A stretch of DNA of 61,539 nt from an uncultured Gammaproteobacteria bacterium (GTDB lineage Bacteria; Pseudomonadota; Gammaproteobacteria; Tethybacterales; Tethybacteraceae): the NCBI GenBank assembly GCA_964509765.1, contig CAZDYI010000040.1:1-61539 (forward strand). The letters run 5' to 3'. Both the position numbers and the translations under genes were made by a program. The notes beneath the pieces were generated by a model. It was not told where the DNA came from, did no database searches, and saw nothing but the letters and a program-made list of their open reading frames with translations. Shown here piece by piece: positions 29,113 through 38,196 of this stretch (its first letter is position 1; each line of letters begins with the position of its first letter).

Positions 29113-31128
29113 ATGCAGGACGCAACGCAGGCCGTGGCCGAGCCCCCGGCAAAGGACAGCTTCGCCGCCTTGATAGGCGAGATGGACAGCAACGTCGACA
29201 CCAGGGTCGGCACCGTGCTCGAGGCGCTGGTCGTCGCGCACGAGGGCCACTGGGTCTCGGTCGACGCCGGACTCAAGTCGCGCGGCCGGATACCCGAGGA
29301 GGAGTTCCGCAACGACGAGGGCGACATCACCGTCAAGGAGGGCGACCGGGTCAAGGTCAAGGTCGAGCAGCTCGACGACGGCCGCGGCAACACGATGCTC
29401 TCCCACCTGCAGTACCGCCGCGACGAGGCCTGGGCGCGGCTGCTCAAGGCCTTCGACGAGGAGGAGACGATCGACGGGGTGATCCGCGAGCGGATCAAGG
29501 GCGGCTACTCGGTGCACATCGACGGCCTGCGCGCGTTCCTGCCGGGCTCGCTCGTCGACTTGTTCCCGGTCAAGTCCGAGACTCAGCTCGTCGGCAAGCG
29601 CGAGCGCTTCTACGTCGAGCGCCTCAAGCACGAGCGCATGTCGGCGATCCTCAACCGCCGGCTGGTGCGCGAGCGCGAGCTCACCGGCGGCGACCTCTCC
29701 AACATCGAGTTCAAGGAGGGCGACGTCATCAAGGGCACCGTCGCCGCGGTGGTCGACTACCCGGACTTCACCGCCTACCTGCGCGTCGCCGAGGGCATAC
29801 ACGGCATCCTCCGGCGCGAGGACATCTCCTGGCACAGGATCGGCAACGTCTCCGACGAGCTGGCGGTCGACCAGGAGCTCGACGTCAAGGTGCTCCGCAT
29901 CGACACCGAGCGCCAGCAGGTGACCCTCGGCGTCAAGCAGCTTGTCCCGGACCCCTGGGACGAGCTCGCGACCGCCCACCCGCCGGGGAGCAGGACCTTC
30001 GCCAAGGTGATCTCGGTCAAGGAGTTCGGCGCCTTCGTCGAGATCGAGAAGGGCTTCGAGGGCCTGGTGCACAGCTCGGAGATGGACTGGCTGCAGCGCA
30101 ACGTCCAGCCGATCAAGGTCGTCCAGCCCGGCCAGGAGGTCGAGGTGATGGTGCTCAGCTACGACAAGGCGTCGCGGCGCCTGTCGCTCGGGCTCAAGCA
30201 GTGCCTGCCGAACCCGTGGGAGGAGTTCCAGCTCACCTACAACAAGGGCAGCAAGGTCAAGGGGATCGTCGTCGGCCGCCAGGAGGAGATCGGCCTGTTC
30301 GTCGAGCTGCCCGGCGGGATCAACGGCCTCGTGCACCGCAGGGAGCTCTCGTACACCGACCGCTCCGGGCGCGAGTCGATGTCCAGCTACTCGAACGGCC
30401 AGGAGATCGAGGTGGTGGTGCTCAACGTCAACGTCGAGAAGAGGCAGGTCTCGCTCGGGATCAAGCAGCTCGAGCGCGACCCGTTCGAGCGCTTCCGGTC
30501 CGCGTACCACAACCGCGAGAGCATCGAGGGGACCGTCAGGAAGGTCATGGACCGGGGCGCGACCGTGCAGCTCAGCGACGAGGTCTCGGGCTTTTTGCCG
30601 AAGTCGCACGTCGCCGAGGAGCGCGTGGACAACGTCTCCGACAGGCTTTCGGTCGGCGACAAGGTCAAGGTCCAGGTCATCGAGGTCGACAAGGACCGCG
30701 TGACCGTCTCGATCAAGGCGAGCACCAAGTCCACCGACGCCGCGGCGTTCTCCAAGCACCGCCAGCGGGTCGAGGAGGAGAAGCGCGCCAGGGACCAGTC
30801 CGGCTCGTTCGGGACCGTCCTCAAGGAGACCCTCGGCGGAATGGGCGAGGAGTCCTCCGCAATAGCCACCGAGGCTGACTCTGAAGGCAAGCCCGGGGAA
30901 GGCGCGGCCGAGGCCAAGGCCGGGGAGGGCGAGCCTGCGGACGCGAAACCCGCAGATGCAGGCGCCGCTTCCGAACAGCCCCCTGCGGACGCACCGGCCC
31001 CCGAGGCAGAGGCCAAGGCCGAAGCCGCTCCCTCCGATGAAGGCGGAGCGGAGCCGAAGGCCGACGAGGGCAGCGGCCCGGGCGAGGGCGGCGAGGCCGC
31101 CCCAGGGCCGTCCGAAGCCAAGGACTGA
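29113..31128 (+). CDS. rpsA: 30S ribosomal protein S1 with long acidic C-terminal tail
   Basis: Repeated S1 domains (AFLPGSLVD, FGAFVEIEKGFEGLVHSSEM); cmk-rpsA-ihfB synteny. Confidence 0.97.
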   Translation: MQDATQAVAEPPAKDSFAALIGEMDSNVDTRVGTVLEALVVAHEGHWVSVDAGLKSRGRIPEEEFRNDEGDITVKEGDRVKVKVEQLDDGRGNTMLSHLQYRRDEAWARLLKAFDEEETIDGVIRERIKGGYSVHIDGLRAFLPGSLVDLFPVKSETQLVGKRERFYVERLKHERMSAILNRRLVRERELTGGDLSNIEFKEGDVIKGTVAAVVDYPDFTAYLRVAEGIHGILRREDISWHRIGNVSDELAVDQELDVKVLRIDTERQQVTLGVKQLVPDPWDELATAHPPGSRTFAKVISVKEFGAFVEIEKGFEGLVHSSEMDWLQRNVQPIKVVQPGQEVEVMVLSYDKASRRLSLGLKQCLPNPWEEFQLTYNKGSKVKGIVVGRQEEIGLFVELPGGINGLVHRRELSYTDRSGRESMSSYSNGQEIEVVVLNVNVEKRQVSLGIKQLERDPFERFRSAYHNRESIEGTVRKVMDRGATVQLSDEVSGFLPKSHVAEERVDNVSDRLSVGDKVKVQVIEVDKDRVTVSIKASTKSTDAAAFSKHRQRVEEEKRARDQSGSFGTVLKETLGGMGEESSAIATEADSEGKPGEGAAEAKAGEGEPADAKPADAGAASEQPPADAPAPEAEAKAEAAPSDEGGAEPKADEGSGPGEGGEAAPGPSEAKD

Positions 31129-31160
31129 AGGCCCGCTCCGGGCGACCTTAGGGACGGGGC

Positions 31161-31481
31161 ATGGCCGAGGAGCGACCCGCCGCCGTCAACCTGTCGAACC
31201 TGGTCGACACGCTTTACGAGCGCAACCCCGGGCTCGGCAAGGGCCAGGTGCGCAGGTCGGTCCAGCTCATCCACAACTCGATCGTCGGGGCGCTCAGCCG
31301 CGAGGACCGGGTCGAGATCAGGGGCTTCGGGACGTTCTTTCTGAGCCTGCGGCCGGCGCACCGGTTCCACAACCCGCGCACCGGCGAGCAGGTCGTGATC
31401 CCGCCGCGGCGCATACCGCGCTTCAAGGCCGGCAAGAACCTGCGCAAGACGGTGGACGCCGGCGAGGCCGACGGCAGCTGA
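31161..31481 (+). CDS. ihfB: Integration host factor subunit beta
   Basis: RVEIRGFGTF, NPRTGE and FKAGKNLR; follows rpsA. Confidence 0.9.
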   Translation: MAEERPAAVNLSNLVDTLYERNPGLGKGQVRRSVQLIHNSIVGALSREDRVEIRGFGTFFLSLRPAHRFHNPRTGEQVVIPPRRIPRFKAGKNLRKTVDAGEADGS

Positions 31482-31524
31482 CGCGCGCCCCCGCCTGCGG
31501 CCCGCGGGCGGACGGAAGGAACCC

Positions 31525-32679
31525 ATGGACTTCGTAGACTGGCGCCTGCTGCTCCTGCTGGGCGTCTTCGTGACCGGCTGGATGATCGCCCGGGTCGACA
31601 TGGAGCAGGTCGTGAGCAAGGCGCGGAGCGTCCCCGACCGGATCATGGGCGGCATCGGCAGCCTGCTGCGCGGCGACCGCGACGCCGCGGCGCGCGAGTT
31701 CCTCGAGTCGGGGCAGCCGCTCGGCCGCGAGAACGCCGAGCTCCACTTCGCCGCCGGCGAGCTCCACCGCCTGCAGGGCAACTACGAGGACGCGATCAGG
31801 GTGCACAAGGCGCTGATCTCCTGCGACGAGCTCGACCCGAAGGACCGCGCGCGGGCCCGCTACGAGCTCGGGCTCGACTACCAGAAGGGCGGCTTTTTGG
31901 ACCTCGCGCAGGAGTGCTTCAAGGAGCTCGAGGGCACCGAGCACGCCGAGGCCGCGCTGCGCCACCTGTTCAACGTCCACCAGTACTCGAAGGCCTGGCA
32001 GAGCGCGATCGAGGACGAGGAGCGCTTCGCGCGCGACGACGCAAACGCCGAGCTGCGCCGGCACGTGATCGCGCAGCTGCACTGCGAGTGGGCCGCGGTC
32101 GAGGGCCCCGGGCGCCGCGGCGAGCTGCTGCGCGAGGCGCTGCGGCGCAACCCCAACTGCGGGCGGGCGTCGATGATGCTCGCCGAGGCGGCCCTTGAGG
32201 GCGGCGACGGCAAGGCGGCCCTCGAGGCGCTCGCCGGGATGGACGGCAGGCCGGAGATGGTCCCGGTCGCCGCTTCGCTGATCATGCGCGCCCACTCCGC
32301 CGCCGGCGAGTCCGGCCGCGGCGAGGCCGTGCTGCTGTCCGCGTTCCGCTCGAGCCCGACGCCGGTGATGTTCGAGAGCGTCTACGACGCGCTCGCCGAG
32401 GAGCGCGGACATGCGGCGATGGCGGGCTTCGTCAAGGAGGCGATGCGCGAAGTCAAGCACGCGGTCGCGGTGGCGAAGTGGCTCGAGGTCGAGCGCGCCG
32501 GCGACGACGGCAGGCGCCGCGACGAGCTCGACCGCCTGCTGCTGTCGGTCGGCAACGTCAGCCCCGGCTACGACTGCTCGGAGTGCGCCTTCCACGCGAC
32601 CAACCACTACTGGCAGTGCCCGGTGTGCCTGTCCTGGGAGACGATGCTGCCGAGGCCTTCGGACGCGAAGGACGCTTGA
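31525..32679 (+). CDS. lapB: LPS assembly protein LapB (YciM)
   Basis: N-terminal TM, TPRs (AIRVHKAL, ELGLDYQKGGFLDLA) and C-terminal CSEC...WQCPVCLSW rubredoxin-like site. Confidence 0.92.
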   Translation: MDFVDWRLLLLLGVFVTGWMIARVDMEQVVSKARSVPDRIMGGIGSLLRGDRDAAAREFLESGQPLGRENAELHFAAGELHRLQGNYEDAIRVHKALISCDELDPKDRARARYELGLDYQKGGFLDLAQECFKELEGTEHAEAALRHLFNVHQYSKAWQSAIEDEERFARDDANAELRRHVIAQLHCEWAAVEGPGRRGELLREALRRNPNCGRASMMLAEAALEGGDGKAALEALAGMDGRPEMVPVAASLIMRAHSAAGESGRGEAVLLSAFRSSPTPVMFESVYDALAEERGHAAMAGFVKEAMREVKHAVAVAKWLEVERAGDDGRRRDELDRLLLSVGNVSPGYDCSECAFHATNHYWQCPVCLSWETMLPRPSDAKDA

Positions 32680-33308
32680 GCGAGCCGCTCGTCCTCTACG
32701 GCGGAAGGTTCGACCCGTTCCACAACGGCCACCGCGCGCTTATCGAGTGCGCGCTGGCCGGGCTGCCCCGCCACCGGGTCCTTGTCGTCCCCTCCGGCAG
32801 CCCCGCGCACAAGGAGGTCGCCGCGCCGCTTGAAGCGAGGCTCGAGATGGCGCGCCTCGGCTGCTCGGACCTGGGGGACAGGGTCTCCGTCGAGGCGCTT
32901 GAGCCCGAGGGCCGTCCGTCCTACACGATCGACACGGTCGCGCGCCTGCCGGAGCGCGACGGAGCTCCCGTGCTGCTGCTCGGCGGCGACGAGACCGAGG
33001 CGCTCGGGACCTGGAGGTCGTGGCGGGAGCTGCTCGGCGAGGTCAACATCGCAGTCGTACCGCGCATGCCCGGAAGCAGGTGGAAGCCTGCGGACCCTGA
33101 GGTTGCCAAGGCGCTCGAAGCCGGAATCGCGGACTCCGCCGAAGGTCTGCTGTCGGGGACGGGAAGGGCGTTCGTGCTGCCGTGCCGCGCTCCGGAGGTG
33201 TCATCGGAAGGGCTTCGCGCGTCGGTAGCCTCAGGCGGTTCCGAGTGGCGGGATATGGTACCCGAGGGGGTCGCAAGGCTCATCGAGTCAAGCGCAGCCT
33301 ATGAATGA
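32676..33308 (+). CDS. nadD: Nicotinate-nucleotide adenylyltransferase
   Basis: YGGRFDPFHNGH, PSYTIDT and LLGGD..W; TTG start overlapping the lapB stop. Confidence 0.92.
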   Translation: MSEPLVLYGGRFDPFHNGHRALIECALAGLPRHRVLVVPSGSPAHKEVAAPLEARLEMARLGCSDLGDRVSVEALEPEGRPSYTIDTVARLPERDGAPVLLLGGDETEALGTWRSWRELLGEVNIAVVPRMPGSRWKPADPEVAKALEAGIADSAEGLLSGTGRAFVLPCRAPEVSSEGLRASVASGGSEWRDMVPEGVARLIESSAAYE

Positions 33309-33422
33309 TCGGAGCATGATATTTAATATGTCGTATGCTGATCTCCGCACTGTCAAGATATTTGCATGCAAGGAAAAGAAAGTGTTGTTGTATAATCTCC
33401 GCTGTCGAGGATTGCGTCACCC

Positions 33423-34259
33423 ATGGCAACCGAAGGAAAATCAGCCCTGTCAGGCTACATTCAGAACCAGCTGTTCTACGGCAACCTCCACTTCACCTCG
33501 CAGGAGGCTGAGGACTCCATCGGCGTGGGGCACGGCGCCTTCCTCGATGCCGCCGAGAGGCTGCAGTTGCGCAACGTCCTCATATCCCCGAGGCAGGGCT
33601 TCTACCTAATCGTGGCGCCCAACTACCAGCACAGGGGATCGCCGCCGGCAACCTTGTACGTGGACGCCTTGATGCGCCATGTGGGCGCGGACTACTACGT
33701 GGGGCTGCTGACTGCGGCAGGTCATCACGGAGCCTCGCACCAGGCGGTGCAGGTCTTCCAGGTGGTGTGCGGAAAGCAGCAAAAAAAGTTCTCCGCTGGT
33801 CGGTCCAGGTTCGAGTTCTTCTACCGGAAGGACATGGGCACCGTGTCCCGTGCAGTGGAGAGCAGGACCTTTCACCGTCATGGCGGTCAAGTGCGAATGT
33901 CCGGTCCGGAGCTGACCGCGCTTGACCTGATTCGCTACCGAAACGGTTCGGGAAGCGTTAGTTTCGTCTCCACCGTCCTCGCGGAGCTGGCTCCGAAGGC
34001 ATGTCCCGAAAGGCTCGCGGAGATGTCGGCGGAGTTTGAGAAGTCTGAGGTGCAGCGCCTCGGATACCACCTTGAGTTCCTGCAGTACAAGGACCATGCC
34101 AGGGAGCTGCGTTCGGCGCTCGAAGAGCGCGGTCAGCTGCAATGGGTGAACCTGAGGAAAAGGCTGGCGCACGACAGGTACCATTCAAGGGAGCCGCTGC
34201 TGGAGCGCAGCGAACGTTGGTTCGTCGAGGTTGACGAGCATCCCGATCCCGACGTTTGA
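33423..34259 (+). CDS. Type IV TA antitoxin, AbiEi family
   Basis: N-terminal wHTH (SPRQGFYLIV), YYVGLLTAAGHHGASHQ, PELTALDL and QRLGY; upstream TATAAT at 33391-33396. Confidence 0.9.
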   Translation: MATEGKSALSGYIQNQLFYGNLHFTSQEAEDSIGVGHGAFLDAAERLQLRNVLISPRQGFYLIVAPNYQHRGSPPATLYVDALMRHVGADYYVGLLTAAGHHGASHQAVQVFQVVCGKQQKKFSAGRSRFEFFYRKDMGTVSRAVESRTFHRHGGQVRMSGPELTALDLIRYRNGSGSVSFVSTVLAELAPKACPERLAEMSAEFEKSEVQRLGYHLEFLQYKDHARELRSALEERGQLQWVNLRKRLAHDRYHSREPLLERSERWFVEVDEHPDPDV

Positions 34260-35143
34260 TGTTCAGGGACGAGTTCATCAAGGAGTGGAGCGAGCAGGTT
34301 CCGTGGGATGAAGAAGACCAGGTCCTGCAGGACCTGCTCATCAGCAGGGCCCTGGTCGAGATCTACTCGGACGAGTTCCTGAGGGAGGAGCTCCGCTTTC
34401 GCGGAGGGACCGCCCTCAACAAGCTCCACTTCCCGGAGCCGTTCCGCTACTCGGAGGACATCGACGTCGTCCGCATGACCTTGGGGCCGAACGGGGCCAT
34501 CATCGACAGGCTGCGCGCCGTCCTCGAGCCGTGGCTGGGGAAAGGGGACTACAGGCCGAGCCGCGTCGCCTCCAAGCTGCTGTTCGACATCTCCAACGTC
34601 AGCCCTGTCGGAGGGGACAACGTCCTGAAGCTGGAGATGAGCTACAAGGATCCGGAGTTCATCGACCCTGCGGTCACCAAGGCTTTCAGGATCGAGCACT
34701 CCTGGTTCTCCGGCTCGGCGGACATCCCGACGTTCACCACCGAGGAGGTGCTGGCAGGAAAGTTGAGGGCCCTGCTGAACCGCAGGAAGGGCCGGGACCT
34801 GCTTGACCTCGACCACGCCCTGACTGCGGTCGAGGGGCTCGACGTCCAGCATGTCGTCGAGCTGTTCGGAAAGCTGTGCGAGATATACGCCAAGAAGATT
34901 CCGAGGGCGATAGCACATGAAAGGATGTTTGACAAGCTGAAGAACATCGAGGAGATCATGGTTGACATGATGGATGTGCTCCCGAAGAAGGAGGCGGACA
35001 AGCTCAGCGAGGAAGTCGTCCACGAGAAGTTCAAGAACGTTTTCGAGGCGTACATCGAGAAGCTGCCGGGCAAGCCCATGTTCGAAGCGCAGTCCAAGAT
35101 CGAGCAACTCGGAATGGACATAGAGATCAGGCAGGGGAAGTGA
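34259..35143 (+). CDS. AbiEii/AbiGii family nucleotidyltransferase toxin
   Basis: QVLQDLLISRAL, FRGGTALNKLH, RYSEDID and KLRALLNRRKGRDLLDL; translationally coupled to abiEi. Confidence 0.92.
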   Translation: MFRDEFIKEWSEQVPWDEEDQVLQDLLISRALVEIYSDEFLREELRFRGGTALNKLHFPEPFRYSEDIDVVRMTLGPNGAIIDRLRAVLEPWLGKGDYRPSRVASKLLFDISNVSPVGGDNVLKLEMSYKDPEFIDPAVTKAFRIEHSWFSGSADIPTFTTEEVLAGKLRALLNRRKGRDLLDLDHALTAVEGLDVQHVVELFGKLCEIYAKKIPRAIAHERMFDKLKNIEEIMVDMMDVLPKKEADKLSEEVVHEKFKNVFEAYIEKLPGKPMFEAQSKIEQLGMDIEIRQGK

Positions 35144-35297
35144 GCGCTATGGCAGCAGTCTGAGAAGGCAATGCCTGGAACTGCCTTTCCGCACCAAGCA
35201 TGGATCTGCCTGTTGCGTCCCGTCCATACTGGGAGCAAGAAGTTTGGCGGAATATAATCTTTCAGACGCATGACGCACCGACGGGGGTCCCGGCAGC

Positions 35298-35669
35298 TTG
35301 GCTGAAGCCGCAGTCCCGTCCGCCGATGCCGCCGCCGCGGCGGAGATCGCCTCGAAGGTCATCGGCGACGCGAAGGGAATCGACCTCGTCGAGATCGACA
35401 CCACAGCAAGGTCCGGCCGGCTGTTCGACCGGATCCTGATCTGCACCGCGACCTCGACGCGCCACGCCGCGGCGATGGCCGAGCGGGTGCGGGTCGCGCT
35501 CAAGCGCGCCGGCGTCGCGATCCTCGGCATCGAGGGCCCCGGCGAGATGGGCTGGACGCTGATCGACGCCGGCTCGGTGATCGTGCACATCTTCCTGCGC
35601 GACGCGCGCGAGCACTACGACCTCGAGTCGCTGTGGACGGTGGAGGCGCCCGAGGGCAAGGACATATAA
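35298..35669 (+). CDS. rsfS: Ribosome silencing factor
   Basis: DAKGIDLV, ICTATSTRH and WTLIDAGSVIVHIF..REHYDLESLW. Confidence 0.95.
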   Translation: MAEAAVPSADAAAAAEIASKVIGDAKGIDLVEIDTTARSGRLFDRILICTATSTRHAAAMAERVRVALKRAGVAILGIEGPGEMGWTLIDAGSVIVHIFLRDAREHYDLESLWTVEAPEGKDI

Positions 35670-35676
35670 TCCCCGC

Positions 35677-35776
35677 CGGGCGTTGCGGCGGACCCCCTTC
35701 CGGGGTAGCCTGACCGGTTCCGCCGGGCCCGCGTAGCTTTCCGGCTAATGTACGACTTCGACCGGGAACGCGCCCG
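35677..35776 (+). ncRNA. Candidate structured RNA / 5' leader
   Basis: Begins just after TATAAT (35665-35670); 5' CGGGCGTT can pair with 3' AACGCGCCCG; nested stems. Confidence 0.35.
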
Positions 35777-35812
35777 ATGATCATGAGGATTTACTCCCGC
35801 ATGCCAAGTGAG

Positions 35813-36376
35813 ATGTCGACAGCGAAGAAGGTCGCGCTGACGCTCGTCGTCGTGCTGTCCCTCGCGCTGAACGCCTGCACCCGCGGCGGCAGCAGCTGGG
35901 GCGCCTCGAGCCGGGCGAGCGCCAACATCGCCCCCACGCCCGAGGAGCACGAGGGCGCGGTCGTCATGGCGTTCCGCGCAAAGGTCTGGGGGGTGCGCGG
36001 GCTGGTCGCCGACCACACCTGGCTTGCGACCAAGCCGGCCGGCGCGAGCGACTACACCGTCTACGAGGTGATCGGCTGGCGCAGGTACCGCAACATGTCG
36101 AGCCTGCGGATCGAGCAGGACGTGCCCGACCGCCGCTGGTTCGGGGCCGAGCCGATCGTGATGGCCGACGTGCGCGGCGAGCAGGCGGAGGAGCTGGTCG
36201 TGAAGATCGACGAGGCCGCGAGGCGCTACCCCTACCCGGACGAGTACCGCGCCTTCCCCGGCCCGAACTCGAACACGTTCACCGCATGGGTGGCCCAGGA
36301 GGTCCCCGAGCTCGGGCTGGACCTTCCGATGCGCGCGATCGGCAAGGGCTTCCCGCTGGAATCCGCGACCCAGTAG
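35813..36376 (+). CDS. DUF3750 domain lipoprotein
   Basis: Lipobox LNAC, HTWLATK...YEVIGW, PDRRWFG and YRAFPGPNSNTF; start uncertain. Confidence 0.8.
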   Translation: MSTAKKVALTLVVVLSLALNACTRGGSSWGASSRASANIAPTPEEHEGAVVMAFRAKVWGVRGLVADHTWLATKPAGASDYTVYEVIGWRRYRNMSSLRIEQDVPDRRWFGAEPIVMADVRGEQAEELVVKIDEAARRYPYPDEYRAFPGPNSNTFTAWVAQEVPELGLDLPMRAIGKGFPLESATQ

Positions 36377-36379
36377 CCG

Positions 36380-36979
36380 GTGCGGCTGCCGCGGCTGGTG
36401 ATTGCCAGCGGCAATCCCGGCAAGATCAGGGAGTTCCGGCGCATGCTCGGAGACCGAGTCGGCGAGATGGAATCCAAGGAGGACCTCGGGATCGGCGAGA
36501 TCCCCGAGACGGCCGAGACATTCGTGGAGAACGCGCTTGCCAAGGCGCGGCACGTTGCGAGGGAGGCCGGATCGGCGACGCTCGCCGAGGACTCCGGGAT
36601 CTGCGTCGACGCGCTATCCGGCCGTCCGGGAGTCCGCTCGGCGCGCATGTCCGAGGCCGGCGACGAGGCCTCGAACAACGCGCGGCTGCTCGAGGAGCTC
36701 GACGGCGCCTCCGACAGGTCGGCGCACTACCACTGCTCGCTCGTGCTGCTGCGCCACGCATCGGACCCGGCCCCGCTGATCGCCGAGGCGGACTGGCACG
36801 GCTCGATCGCGACTGCCCCGCGCGGCGACAACGGCTTCGGCTACGACCCCTTGTTCGTCACCTGCGACGGGCGCACCGCCGCCGAGCTCGCCCCCGAGGA
36901 GAAGGACGCGCAGAGCCACCGCGGGCAGGCGCTGCGGATCATGATCGGGCTCGTCGGGCGGCTGGGGGAGAGGCTGTGA
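36380..36979 (+). CDS. rdgB: dITP/XTP pyrophosphatase
   Basis: ASGNPGKIRE, ETFVENALAKA, EDSG, GFGYDPLF and SHRGQAL. Confidence 0.97.
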   Translation: MRLPRLVIASGNPGKIREFRRMLGDRVGEMESKEDLGIGEIPETAETFVENALAKARHVAREAGSATLAEDSGICVDALSGRPGVRSARMSEAGDEASNNARLLEELDGASDRSAHYHCSLVLLRHASDPAPLIAEADWHGSIATAPRGDNGFGYDPLFVTCDGRTAAELAPEEKDAQSHRGQALRIMIGLVGRLGERL

Positions 36980-38196
36980 CGGAAGCGGCCCCGGTCATGC
37001 TGCCCGGCCGGCCGGCCCCGCCGCCGCTCACTCTCTACGCGCACTTCCCGTGGTGCGTGAGCAAGTGCCCGTACTGCGACTTCAACTCCCACGAGGCGCC
37101 GGGGGAGCTGCCCGAGGGCCGCTACCTCGACGCGCTGCGCGCCGACCTCGAGGGCTGCGCGGGCGAGGTCGCAGGCAGGAAGGTGGCCTCTGTGTTCATC
37201 GGCGGCGGGACGCCGAGCGTCATGGAGCCCGCATCGATCGACCGGCTGCTCAGCGACGCGCGGATGCTCCTCGACCTGCTGCCCGGCGCCGAGGTGACCA
37301 TGGAGGCGAACCCGGGAACGGTCGACGCCGGCAGGTTCGCCGAGTTCGCCGCCGCCGGCGTGAACCGGCTGTCGCTCGGCATCCAGAGCTTTTCCGACGA
37401 TCGCCTTGCCGCGCTCGGCCGCATCCACGGCTCGCGCGAGGCGCGCGCCGCGGCGCAGACCGCGGCGCAGGTTTTCGGCCGGGTCAACCTCGACATCATG
37501 TTCGGCCTGCCGGGGCAGGACATGGCCGGCGCCGCGGCCGACGTCCGCGAGGCGGCCGCGCTCGGGACCGAGCACGTCTCGCTCTACCAGCTCACCCTCG
37601 AGCCGGGCACGCTGTTCTTCCGCGAGCCGCCGCGGGACATGCCCGGCGACGGCCTCGTCGCCGACATGGACGACGCGCTGCGCGCCGAGCTCGCGGACGC
37701 GGGCCTCGCGCGCTACGAGGTCAGCGCCCACAGCCGGCCCGGCGCCGAGTGCCGCCACAACCTCAACTACTGGCGCTTCGGCGACTACCTCGGGATCGGC
37801 GCCGGCGCCCACGGCAAGCTGTCGACCGCGGACGGCGTGCGCCGCGACGCGCGCCACAAGTCGCCGGCGCGGTACATGGACCGGGCCCTTGCGGGCGAGC
37901 CGGCAGCAATGTCGGCCTTCGTGCGCGGCGGCGAGCTCGCCTTCGAGTTCATGCTCAACGCCCTGCGGCTGACCGGCGGCTTCGAGGAGTCGCTGTTCGC
38001 CGAGCGCACGGCGCTTGCGCCCCGGGCCGTCGAGGATTCCCTGCGGGCCGCCGAGGGCGAGGGCTGGATCGTCCGCGAAGGCGGCCGCGTCCGGCCGACG
38101 GCCGACGGCATCGACCGCAACGCGGACCTGTGCGCGCTGTTCCTGCCGGAAGGGCGGGCAGCGGCTTCGCAGCCGGCCGAGCTGCAGCGGGCGTGA
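36976..38196 (+). CDS. hemW: Radical SAM heme chaperone HemW
   Basis: LYAHFPWCVSKCPYCDFNSH, GGGTPS and HNLNYWRFGDYLGIGAGAHGK; follows rdgB. Confidence 0.95.
   Translation: MTEAAPVMLPGRPAPPPLTLYAHFPWCVSKCPYCDFNSHEAPGELPEGRYLDALRADLEGCAGEVAGRKVASVFIGGGTPSVMEPASIDRLLSDARMLLDLLPGAEVTMEANPGTVDAGRFAEFAAAGVNRLSLGIQSFSDDRLAALGRIHGSREARAAAQTAAQVFGRVNLDIMFGLPGQDMAGAAADVREAAALGTEHVSLYQLTLEPGTLFFREPPRDMPGDGLVADMDDALRAELADAGLARYEVSAHSRPGAECRHNLNYWRFGDYLGIGAGAHGKLSTADGVRRDARHKSPARYMDRALAGEPAAMSAFVRGGELAFEFMLNALRLTGGFEESLFAERTALAPRAVEDSLRAAEGEGWIVREGGRVRPTADGIDRNADLCALFLPEGRAAASQPAELQRA

Noticed and set aside
35677-35776. Firm call as SAH riboswitch or SRP RNA
   Set aside because: The SAH P1 helix and gene context do not fit, and the SRP GGAA-loop/AGCAG motif is incomplete; kept only as an unassigned candidate.
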